Assembly: GCA_009602735.1 (NCBI GenBank)
Contig: WELA01001229.1
Span: forward strand, 106,820-170,819
Source of the DNA: Mesotaenium endlicherianum
Taxonomy: Eukaryota
DNA length: 64,000 bases
Reading direction: 5' to 3'
Shown here: positions 51,201-62,342 of the stretch, one piece after another
Position numbering within the stretch: the stretch's first letter is position 1
Layout of the letters: the number at the start of each line of letters is the position of its first letter
Program-made: the position numbers and the translations under genes
The notes under the pieces: generated by a model
What the model saw: only the letters and a program-made list of their open reading frames with translations
Database searches by the model: none
What the model was told of the DNA's origin: nothing

Positions 51201-52070
51201 CTGAGCAACAATGTTTGCAGCAGTAGGGTGCTCTGGAGGGTGTACCTTTTTCTTAACCACTTCTTCAGGTTGAGGAGGTACCTCTCTTAGCAGCAGACAT
51301 AACATTCTGTCTTCCTTCTGGTTCCAGCTTTTGACGAACTCCATTGCATTCAGCAACTTGCATCCTTCTGGAAGCCTCTTCTTTTCCTTCATTTGCCATC
51401 CACACAGGACAAGAGGAAGAGCACTGGTGGGTGCCAAGTCAGTCTGCCCATCACTGGCTCCTCTCACTTTAACTGTACCTCTGCTCCAACACACTTCAGC
51501 TTGATGTCTATTAAGCCAGGACCTGCCTAGCACGAGATCATAAAAGCCAGTGTTGAGTACCTCAAATGTAAGCGTTTCAGTTAGAACTGCAATGCCAGAA
51601 CCTAACTGGACCTCAATAGGCTTGGTTATAACTCCTCCCGGGATACTTGAGGCATCTCCAAGGAATATTTTTCTATTCCCTTGGGTGACAGTAGGCAGCC
51701 TTAGCCGCTTAACTAAGTCCTTGTGAATAAAAGTATGTGACGCCCCTCCGTCAACAAATGCCCTCACCTTCCTACCTGCAATCATGCAATGCAGTAGGAT
51801 AGGGGGGACTGTCTTTTCCTGACTTTCGCATTGTTCTCCTGACGTAGCAAAGAAATGTTGGACATCAGGTGGAACAAGAGCATCCAGAGTGTGCACTCTC
51901 TGGACGTCTATATTACTGATGGTCTCCTTTATCTGTTTGTCAGGCATGCATAGTGAATCCAGTTCAGCAGGACCCATAATACCTGCTACGAGGGCAGCTA
52001 GTGACGACTCACTATCTCTAGCATCCTCACAGTCAGTAGACTGGATTACTGACTGTTGCTGTCTTTTAAA
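48261..52070 (-). pseudogene. pol: A3 pol: protease-RT-RNase H-integrase-chromodomain, with one in-frame stop
   Basis: ORFs 51057-51977 and 48261-50966 are in the same frame, separated by TAG at 51057-51059 (CAG in A2). FVDGGASH, FLDDIL, TDAS, SDRD and chromodomain motifs present. Confidence 0.93.
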
Positions 52071-53524
52071 GGCTGGTCTTTTCTCTCGACCTTAGGCAGG
52101 TGCTTGACCGGACACTGTTCTCTGTAGTGGCCTTTCTGCTGACAATGGTAGCAAGTAGATTTTGCTGAGGCTGGTCTCGGCTTAGTCCTACCACCACCCC
52201 TTCCATAGCCACCTCGAGAGGGACCACCTCTACCTCTAGACTGAATAGCATTGTACTCATACTCATATTCATCACCCTGATTATCCTCAGCCTGGTCTCC
52301 TTCAACTGCATTGTAGGAACCGTGGGGCTTTTTGACAATCTTAGACACCAAAGCGTTACTCTGGCGCTTGTGATTGAACTGCTGCTGATCCCAGGCGTCA
52401 GCATCCTGGATCAAGTCAGCCAGTTTCTCATACTTTTTCTCAGCAAAATGACCAGAGACCTCGGATTTCAAGCCATACCTGAAGTATGCTATCCTATACC
52501 GTTCTGGCAAATCAGGCTGCTTCATCATGTTCTCTTGGAACTTTTGAGCAAACTCAGCAACTGAAGTGGTCTGCTTCAGTGTCAGGGAGATCATCGCATA
52601 GATAGCTTTCTCCTGCTGGTTGATGACATCAAACTTCTCATGCAACTTCTCGACAAACTCTACCCACGTAGGGTCACCGAGTTGCCGAGCCTTACGCTCT
52701 TCCTTCCAGTAAAGCCACCAGTCTGCGGCACTGCCTTTCAGTAGCGCACCGGTGTGCCTGACCTTCTCGTAATCTTGCAGTTCTGGGTAGTTCTCCAGCC
52801 ACTGCTCAACATCCGCGAGAAACTTGATCAGGTAATATTTTCTGTTTCCCTCAGGATCATAGTCCTGGGGAGGTTTCGGCTTGGGCTTACTAGGCCCTCG
52901 GCCACCACCACTAGTGGTGTGAGACCCCAGTTGGTCTCTGTCCCGGAGTAGGGACATTATGATTCTTTTGTCCTCCTGCTGGGACTGATACATGGTCGCC
53001 ATTTGCGACTGCATCTGAACGAACAATGCTCCCAAGTCTACATTTTGGGGTGGTAGATTAGCAAATGCAGCAGCAGCATTGGCATCTACTCGCTGAGTAG
53101 TGTCCTCAACAATCCCTCTTGCTCCTGCAGCAGCAATTCCTGCCGCATTCAGCCGGTCACGTATTTGACCTAGGGGTACATTGAGTTGTACGGCAGGAGG
53201 TGGGTTCAGAACATTGGCCCTTGATGCCATAAGTTCTTCAACAGTGCGCTCGTCAGCTGGCTGTCCTTCCCTCCTTTGTATATCTTCAGCGGCCTTTGCT
53301 ACTTGTTCAGCTTCTAGTCTGGCTATCTCCTCCTCAGCTTGCTGAGCTGCGACTGAGGCAATAGCAGCTGCCTCATCTGCAGCCTCCCTAGCTGCAGTAT
53401 CCGCTACTGCTTCCGAATAGGTACGGTTTCCCGCTACATGGCTTTCCGCCTGGTTTTCGACATTCTCGTTATCCTGGTTCTCCATGTCTCGGGAGTTGCT
53501 AGTTTGAGACCTTGTCCTTACCAT
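52046..53524 (-). CDS. gag: A3 Gag (492 aa)
   Basis: LKQTTSVAEFAQKF, RGG-rich segment and CYHCQQKGHYREQC knuckle; ATG just after the PBS. Confidence 0.93.
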   Translation of the reverse strand: MVRTRSQTSNSRDMENQDNENVENQAESHVAGNRTYSEAVADTAAREAADEAAAIASVAAQQAEEEIARLEAEQVAKAAEDIQRREGQPADERTVEELMASRANVLNPPPAVQLNVPLGQIRDRLNAAGIAAAGARGIVEDTTQRVDANAAAAFANLPPQNVDLGALFVQMQSQMATMYQSQQEDKRIIMSLLRDRDQLGSHTTSGGGRGPSKPKPKPPQDYDPEGNRKYYLIKFLADVEQWLENYPELQDYEKVRHTGALLKGSAADWWLYWKEERKARQLGDPTWVEFVEKLHEKFDVINQQEKAIYAMISLTLKQTTSVAEFAQKFQENMMKQPDLPERYRIAYFRYGLKSEVSGHFAEKKYEKLADLIQDADAWDQQQFNHKRQSNALVSKIVKKPHGSYNAVEGDQAEDNQGDEYEYEYNAIQSRGRGGPSRGGYGRGGGRTKPRPASAKSTCYHCQQKGHYREQCPVKHLPKVERKDQPLKDSNSQ

Positions 53525-53558
53525 ACAAAGAAGACTGTGATAACTGCTCCGATACCAC

Positions 53559-54274
53559 TGAAATGAATCGACTTACCAAATAGGCGATTAACAATTAATA
53601 AAGATCTTTATATCAGCAAGTAATCTTTATGGTATTTTCCGTTAACTGGTTAAACGGCAAAGGACAACACACTAGCAGTGAATAATACTCGTCAGTCAAA
53701 TGAGAGTAAACTAGCATCAATAATGCAAATCAGTAAACTCATACATAAGCAAGGTTAGAAGACAGTGCGTATCAATGGCTTCTCGCCTTGGATTCAGATC
53801 TCTCTCAGTAAGCTGTACAAGAGAGTTGGCCTCGTTTCCGAATGCCGAACTCGAGGGCAATGCCTAGCATATGTACATGGAATGAGTTTACTGTTCAACG
53901 GTCAGTGCGATGGCACCGCCTACCCGGGAGTTAACCACGTTGGTAGGACCTCGGTTAACCAAATCCACCGCCATCTCATCTCGAATAGCCATCCATCATA
54001 GGGATGTCATCTGGCTATTCATCTAGCATATCGCACTTAGATGCATATCAAGGCAGTTTGCTGCTACCGAGTACGGAAGTCAGCTTGCTGTCAAAGAATG
54101 TGTCAGCAAGCTGACTTATATGGACTTTCAGCCTACTGCTTTCGACTGAGTCATTAAACTGATAATTATGTAAAGTCCAGCAGACTGACTATTAACTAAA
54201 GTTCAGCAGGCTGAACTTAATTAACTATTATATTTAAATGAATATTATATCCACTAATATACTGATTCATTACA
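53559..54274 (-). repeat. A3 5' LTR
   Basis: Adjacent to the PBS; followed by TSD ATCAC. Confidence 0.95.
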
Positions 54275-55037
54275 ATCACTCATTCCTAGAGGAAGCTTCC
54301 TTACGTTTCATATCTACTTTTGAGGCGTTATCTAGGTAGCATTGGTCGAGGTAAGCTCCGCCAATGAGAGTCATGCATCCTCTTCCTTGCACTATATTTG
54401 ATTGGTATGTGTTGTGCTTAGCCAGTAAGAGAGCTAGTATTTGCCTTGCCTCCACTTTTGTGGACCTAGGAGAGCCTCCTAGAGTGACTGTGTGCATTGA
54501 ATCCGCCGCCTTCCGCGCCGATTTTGCAGGGAGTATATAACAGTTGATGCCCTTAGAAAGACATCTTTTTAGAAGTCAATTATGCCAGTTGTAAGCCACA
54601 GAGTTATCAGTAAAACTTACACTTTTACCTCTTGTGTTTTCAGGACCACTTAGTCTCTCTCTTGTGAAGAGCAAGCCCTCCTGGCTTCCAGTCACTTGAA
54701 GAACTTCACAAGTGGTGAGCAAAATCATAGCTTAAACCCTGCCATAGGACTACTCGTGAAGATCATGATGTGCTTCCTGTGATCTTTTGGGCCAGACCTC
54801 AATGGTTGTTTTCCTACCAGATTGCAGTCTTGAGGTGCTCACTCTAGAGAGTACACACTCCCTAATTAAAATATTTGGGAGTTTACCTTCTTTTTGGCCT
54901 TAAGGCCACATGCATTTCCGCTTTCACCATAGCACATCTTGCTTGCCTACTTGTGTGTGGCCTATATCGATCAGACACGCCCAACCCCATAATGCACAAC
55001 AAGGTTCGTTCTATTGAACTTCGGTTCATCTTTAGGA

Positions 55038-56640
55038 GAATGACTCAGCCGAGAGTAGCGGGTTGAAGTCTACTTAAGTCAATTGAAAATGCTAACACGT
55101 TTTTTAACAGCCAATTGACTGCTTTAAGCGAAATGAGCGAATCGCCAATGATGCCAGTAATGCAGTAAGTTAGTAATGCCAGTAATGCAGTAACTGTGAT
55201 ATGCTGAATGAATGGCTGTATGACGCCACACGCGGATGGCAAATCGGTATGATGGGAGATGGCTGCGGATTTGGTTAGCCGATGTCTTACCAACGAGGTG
55301 AACTCCTGGGAGAATGCGATGACTTGGCATTGAACGGTAAACTCATTCCATGTACATATGGTACGCTATCGAGTTCGGATCTGAAAACAAGGCCACCTCT
55401 CTGTACAGACTATTGAAATCCAAGGCTACAAGCCGTTACAAATTGCTTACTAACCTTGCTTATGTATGAGTTTACCGATTGCAGCAGTGATGCACGTTAC
55501 TCGTATTTGACTTGTGAAAATGGCTTACGTCAATTGTGTTGTGTTTTTGCTGTTTAATGAGTTAATAAGGAAACACCTAAAGATTAGTTGCTGATATAAA
55601 TTTAAAAACTCAATTATTCAATAAGCATATTAATGACATGATTAATTGCTAATTGGGAAATCAATTTATTTTAGTGGCATCGGAGCTCTTATCACAGTTT
55701 TCTCAATGGTAGCACAGACTAGGTGTTAGACTAGCAATTTGGATAACGTGGAAGGTCAAGGAGAGAATCTCTTTGGTCCCCTCATTGACGTCGAGGTTGT
55801 GGAAGCTGCTGCAATGGTAGCGGAAGCAGCCCAGCAGGCTGACAAAGAGCATGCCAGAGTAGAAGGTGAATGCTTAGCTAAGGCAGAAGAGGATGAAGTA
55901 AGAGAGAGGAGATGTTTGACTTATGCAAAAACTGTCGAGGAGGACGTGGCACTCAGGGCCAATCATAACCCTTTTGCAGTACCCAGTATTGTGCCAAATA
56001 CAATTGTTCAAGGGCAACCGAGCCAAACGAGAATGGCTAACGCAACAGCAAGAAGAAATGCCAAAGATGCTGTCGATCGCCTCAATGCCGCTGCTGCTGA
56101 TCTACCTGCTCAAAATGTTGATGTTGGAATTGAGATGCTGCAAATGGCCATGATGTTGCAGAATTAGCTGGAGGATAGAAGGATCATGCTTGGAATAATG
56201 CAAGGGAGAAACCAAGTTGGTTCTTAACTGACCAGAGCGGTGACCATATCGGTGGCAGAGAGCCTAGTAGGCCGAAGCCAAAGGCACCTCAAGACTATGA
56301 CCCTAAGATTGGATCAATTTTCTTGGTGATATTGAGCCGTGGTTGGAGAACTATCCCCACTTGCAACACTCCGAGCAAATCATGCACACAAGTACTTTGT
56401 TGAAAGGCGGCGTAGCTGGTGGCTGTATTGGAAAGAGGAGAGGAAATCTAAACAACTCAATGATGCCCCGTGGGAAGAATTTGTTCAGCAATTGCATGAC
56501 AATTTTGATGTCAGTCATCTGAAGAAAAAGCTATCTATACGATGATCTCTTTGACAGTTAAGTAAAACATTTCAGTGGTGGCGCAGTATGCCCCTAGATC
56601 CGATGCAAATCATGATGAAGCAACCAGCCTTGCCCGAGCT
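55038..56640 (+). mobile_element. Old family-A-related relic: diverged partial LTR, PBS and decayed gag
   Basis: 55038-55673 resembles the A LTR; TGGCATCGGAGC at 55675-55686; peptides VAEAAQQADKE, LPAQNVDVG and WWLYWKEERK resemble A Gag. Confidence 0.75.
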
Positions 56641-57059
56641 GTATATGATACTATATAATACCATACTTTAGGTCGGGTCTGGCTTGATCCTCAATGCTTT
56701 GGCTACCAACAAGCAATGTGGTGTAGTGTTACCACTTTCGATTTCATGGTACTTATATACACCCAGTTTGTGAATAAATTCTCTTATTCTTATCCTTGTT
56801 TGGATGTGTTTTTGAGGTTGAGTACTACTATCTTTGTCCTGCAGCTGTACTAATGATCCAAAAAACACATTAACATGTTAGTCTTCAACATGCTTATGTC
56901 TCTAAGGTGCATGCACATCAGCATAAACAACAGTTTACTCACATTTGTGCCTACTACCCCTCAAATGTCGTATTGTATATGAAGTATTGTCATACACAAT
57001 TTAATGACAATCACTTCTAGCCTGTTTTAGTATGGTGTATCACTTATACATCTGTTTCA

Positions 57060-57430
57060 TGCACACGGTCACCGCCTCGAGAGGCTTGGAGCCCTCGTTG
57101 AGGTGCTTACGTACCAAAGAAGTGAGCTCAGGAAGTCATTCAAGAAGTTGATTCAGTGCTTTATCGACCATCGAAAGACATCGCAGAATCACCCTCAAGC
57201 CGGCGGACTGGCTAAGCGGATAGTGCACATTATACAGATGGCTCTCTTGCAAATACTGCCTGGGGCACAACAAGAGAACTTGGAACCAAGTCTTGCCTTG
57301 GCTGGTCATGAGGTACAAGTACATCGAGCAAACTACACTGGCAAACTTTTTGCCATACACTATCCTCTTTGGACCATTCCCAGTGGTTTTCACAAGCCTG
57401 CACTTTGAGGTCGAGCGCGTGGACTTCATC
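57060..57430 (+). pseudogene. Degenerate retroelement integrase fragment
   Basis: HRKTSQNHPQAGGLAKR resembles the integrase HPQxxG.xER motif; WNQVLPW and PYTILFG occur in another frame. Confidence 0.55.
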
Positions 57431-58278
57431 AGTTAGACGAGCTACTGCATTGTCGCAGCTTAAGTTGTCGAGAGCCTACAGCCTACAGTATCGTAGATAG
57501 GTCCTAGGTGGCAGTAGGTAAAAACCCCCTTGAGACTAAAAATGGGGGAAAAGCCATTGCCCTTCCTAAAAAGCAGGAAAGCGAGAAAATGTTAATGTAA
57601 CTACTAACACCCTATAGAGAGAGAATGTCTACAGAGAGTCTATCCTAATGGTAAAGCTATGAAACAATTTCAGAAGGGGAGCCTGCGGGAAAGCACGTTA
57701 ATCTGTTATGGCTGCATTTGCGTACGAAAGGAGGGAAGGAGTCGGCAGGACGCTCCACCTCACAAACTGGCAAGCTGGAGTCTCGGCTAAGGGGACACTT
57801 CCTAGCTCATCCAATCGTGGAGCGCCGAGAGAGAGTTTTTGGGAGTCAGATAGAGGCACTGATAGAGAGTAGAGTGGAGTATTGTATTGAAGATGGAAGC
57901 AGACATACAGAACTAATGCTCAAGTGCTCAGTGAGCAGCCTTAGTGATTTCTAACACAGACTCTCTACTACCTCTCTCTAACTGCCTACAGGATCTCTCA
58001 CGGGGGCTAAGAAGACGCATGAGTCAAGCAACGCGTCTTACTGGTAATGGCATGAATGGGTTCACGAGAAAACAGCAAGACCAACGAGATAAGCAAGCGC
58101 AAAAATTACCAATAACTTAAGGCCATTAATTTTGACAAGTTGCAAAATGTATGCCTTGTCCTACTTGTTCAAGCTACTAGCGTTCAAAGGAAAGGGTTCA
58201 AAGAAGGTTAAAAAACTCCCGCAAAAGAATCTTCCCTTAGCATTGCAAGCTTAACCAGCTCGCAACAAATTAGTTATA

Positions 58279-61200
58279 TTAGGCTGTCCCTAGTACGTCA
58301 AGCTCAGCATCGTGAAGGTCTTTGAAAGGCAGGGGCACAGTTTTAACAGCCCGGAACCGACCTACGTTGTTCAGGTGCTCATTTTCCAGCCTGCCCAAAC
58401 ACCAGGAAGGCAAAACTGTCAAAAACAAAATGATTCACACCAAGGTCCATATACATGCGCGGAGAAGGCCCCCCTTGCATGACCTGGAGGCGCTTCAACC
58501 TCCGCTGGGGGTTAGTGGTGGTGGTGGGTGGTGGGTGGTGGGTGGGNNNNNNNNNNNNNNNNNNNNNNNNNNNNNNNNNNNNNNNNNNNNNNNNNNNNNN
58601 NNNNNNNNNNNNNNNNNNNNNNNNNNNNNNNNNNNNNNNNNNNNNNNNNNNNNNNNNNNNNNNNNNNNNNNNNNNNNNNNNNNNNNNNNNNNNNNNNNNN
58701 NNNNNNNNNNNNNNNNNNNNNNNNNNNNNNNNNNNNNNNNNNNNNNNNNNNNNNNNNNNNNNNNNNNNNNNNNNNNNNNNNNNNNNNNNNNNNNNNNNNN
58801 NNNNNNNNNNNNNNNNNNNNNNNNNNNNNNNNNNNNNNGGGTGGTGGGTGGTGGGTGGGGGGGAGAAAAGTTGCAATCACCTGTAAAAATTCCAGAGGGC
58901 TCGCCTGAAGACCTCCAGGGCAGCGTAGGTAACATCAACGACAACGTCATTTGCCTGTCCAAAGTGCAGGCGCGTGATTGTTTGGAGCCACGCAAAGCGT
59001 AGCGCCACGTTCAAGACCTGCCCCGCCCCCGTACACCCCAACCGCACCCACAGGAAAACAATTGAGACGGAGATGTCGAACGTGGTAACAACGTACAACT
59101 GATCCACATTGCCCAAATGCACCTTCTCCCCTATTCCACCTGTACATTGTCATACGAGAACCAACAAACGATGGGGGAAGGAGCAGAGGCTGGCAGAAGT
59201 GGGAACCATGTCACGGCACGGAGCTGTGATGTCAGGGGGGAGCTAGAACAGAATAGGATACCATGGAGGCAAAGTAGATCCACTTGTGCCGCAGCACCAG
59301 GGCGTCCCGCAGCCAGGGGTTGCGCGACTTGCGCTGCAGAAGCCCCCAGTCGCGCACGAGGTCCCAGTACACCTGGTACAGCGTGGCCACGCTGGACGCC
59401 AACACAAAAAACACCAGCGTCGTCTCCGTGCGCTTGTTCTTGTACGTCACCTTCAGCGCCACGGCGACCATGGCCGACAAATACTTGAGGCCATTGTACA
59501 CATGTGCGCGCTCGCCCTCGTCAACCCACCGCCTCGCGCACTGGCCCCGGCCCATCCATCCCCCTTCGTCAGAGCGTGTACGGCTGGTGGCATAGGCGCA
59601 GCCACAGGCACATCTGCGTCGCGTCATGGAGGCGGCAAATGACTGGCCAAAAGAAGAGCCAAATTTGATAGCGGAGTGGTCAGAAGTACACAGAGAAGTC
59701 GACGAGCTCTACCACCCCCACCTCCAGCTGTTTTCCTCCACTGATTTCGAAGGCCCGCCAAGCCCAAAGAAGGGCAAGGCAACTGCGGCAGCGAGCCTAA
59801 CCCACCTGCATGAGGCGGCACCAATAGGGCGCGCCTGCCAGCAGGTAGTAGACCACAGTGAAGGAGGTGCTGCTGCTGCCACATGGCTTGCTGTTGCGCG
59901 TGAGGAAGAAGCCGCCCGCGTAGAAGCACACCGTGTACTCCAAGAAGCGCAGCATCTGGACCTGAGAGCACCCAGTCCCTCCCTCCCTCGTGAGCCACAC
60001 AACAGCAGGCGGGGTGGCAGTGCAAGCAGTGAGGGAGCAGCTGCTACCGCATGGGTCCTGCTCAGAAAGCAGCGCCCTCACCCTCACCTGGCTGCACATC
60101 TGATCCGCGAAGAAGAAGTCTGCCAGTGTCACCTGGCATTCCCCCCAACCCCGAGACCAGCATAAAGATGTCAGGCCCCCCTTGCTGGGACTGGGAGGAG
60201 CCCTCCAGGCACTCCCTCTGATGCAGCATGAGTGCATCATGCACGCACGCACGCCATCCTCGCGCAACGACTAGACTGCTCCTGGCATCCGGACACCTGG
60301 CACCTGCAGAGTCAGACAAGAAGTGGATGCGAAAAGGGATACGGGTGGTGCAGCGGAGATGGTACCTTGTAGAGAGGGGCCAGCAGGCTGTGCTTGATGC
60401 AGCGCAGCAGAAACATCCGGCTGCTTCTGTACACGAGGTTGAGCGGCAGCAGCAGCACCGCCACAAACACCTGCAGCAGCCAATCGGACAGGAAAATCAC
60501 GTCAGGTTTAAGAAGGCAATTCCAAGAAAGGGGGAGAGGGAGGATGTGATGGCGCATAACCTCCTCGTTTCAGAAACAAATGGAGAAAGCTCACACCGGC
60601 TCACAGAAGTCTCTGAGTGGCCGACAGGCTTAGAGCTGCTGGCACTTATCACAGAAGCAAGAAGGGTGCCGCAAGAGGAGGTGAACTGAAAGAAACAACA
60701 TGTGAGGTGTGGACGCAGCAGGGACGGCTTTGACTAGGGGCAAGGGGGGGAGGGAGAAGGGGGAGGGGGCCAGCGTGCGCGCGTACACAGAAGGTGACGA
60801 GGGGGATGACCTCCTTGGCTGAGCGCGGAACATGCTGCAGCTGCAGCAGACCCGAGGGCGAGGGCGAGGGCAGGGCCAGGTGGAGTGCCATGCCGCCCAG
60901 CAGCACCGCAGTGAGGCCCGTGGAGAGCAGCAGCAGCTGGCGGTGGCGCAGCTCCGTGCCAGGGCTGAACTCAAAGATGAAGGCGTAGTTGATGAGCTTG
61001 TAGCGCCACAGCCACACGTTGGCCGCGTAGAGGTACACGTGCAGCAGCACCAGAGCCAGCCCGCTGCACCCGCCGCCCAGCCGACCGGCCAGCCATGCGT
61101 GCATTCTCACCGGAGCCAGTCAGGCCTGCAGTCCCTGCTGGCTGCCGTACTCCCTTTGCAGCATCACATGCTGCTGGCAGGCTTGGCACTGTCCATGCAC

Positions 61201-62297
61201 ATCCTATTCTCTTGATATATGAGGAGACCAGAAACAAGCCCCAAATAAAGCCGCTAGCTGAAGCCATCATGAAGTAGGACAGCGAGCGCCGCCACTACAT
61301 CACCGCAGGATATTACGGCATGAAGCTGTCATGACAGGCACTGCCTGCTTCAGGCTGCAGTCCGATAGTAGAGCCGTGACCCTGTCCTGTACGAGTGCCT
61401 CATGGTGACCAGCATGCTCACTGCCACCGGCTTGGAAGGCCGCATGGGGGAGGGGGGGGGGAGGGAGAGGGCAGGGCACCTGAAGACGGGCAGCACAGAG
61501 GACATGTAGGTGCCGCTGCTGGCCCGCTTTATGTACAGCAGGGCGCCAATAGTGAGGACGAGCGCGATCGACACGCCCACGAACAAGCCTGCATGCACCC
61601 CCCCCCCCCCCCNNNNNNNNNNNNNNNNNNNNNNNNNNNNNNCCCCCCCCCCCCCCCTTGGGCAGTCCATTATGCACTCTCTGTCCTGCGTCCAGATTAA
61701 GTCTTGGGGGGAGTAAGAGGGCAGAATGAGAGAGGCTGCACGCGGGGGTAGCCTGAAGGTGAAGGGTGCAGGACAGTAGTTTCAAGGCGGGATCCGCAGC
61801 ACCTGTGAAGAAGCTGACAGTGTGGGAGGCCGACTGGTGGTTGGGGCGGAGAGCGCGCATGGCGGACGGGCGGCTGCGCTCGGCAAAGTGCTCCGTGAAC
61901 AGCGCCTCCAGCCCACTCATGGTCTTGGCCACCTGGCACCCCCTTACGGTGACACGTGAGGGGCGTCAGAGCTTGCAGACCAAACTCTCATGGCCCTGGC
62001 TAGCTCGCACCACACGGGTTGCATGCCTGCATACACGCGAGCGTGCGCCCTGGAGCAGCAGCTGCTGCCGAGGGGCACAGGCACAGGCACAAGCACACGC
62101 CCACCCGCCCACCCATGCGTAGGAAGTGCTGACCTTGTCGGAGCATGTGAAGTGGGCGAGGTCGACAGTGCCGCCCTCCCCCACATAATGATGCAGCACG
62201 CTCCAGCCCGTCACCTGCCCCCATCCATGCGCGTGTGCCTCAGACTCGCAAGCAAGCAGTGCCACCTGCCGGTAGGAGAGACTTCCCTCTCTTCCTC

Positions 62298-62342
<45 letters not shown>

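Larger units (their letters stand above)
38796..54274 (-). mobile_element. Family A chromovirus, full-length copy A3 (interrupted by B2)
   Basis: TSD ATCAC at 38791-38795 and 54275-54279; LTRs 38796-39517 and 53559-54274; PBS 53546-53557; PPT 39518-39530. Confidence 0.96.

Noticed and set aside
54280..55030. Possible older LTR-like host sequence flanking A3 (with 38100-38790 and 24730-25400)
   Set aside because: Repeat-like in feel, but no termini, TSD or second copy could be shown in this window.
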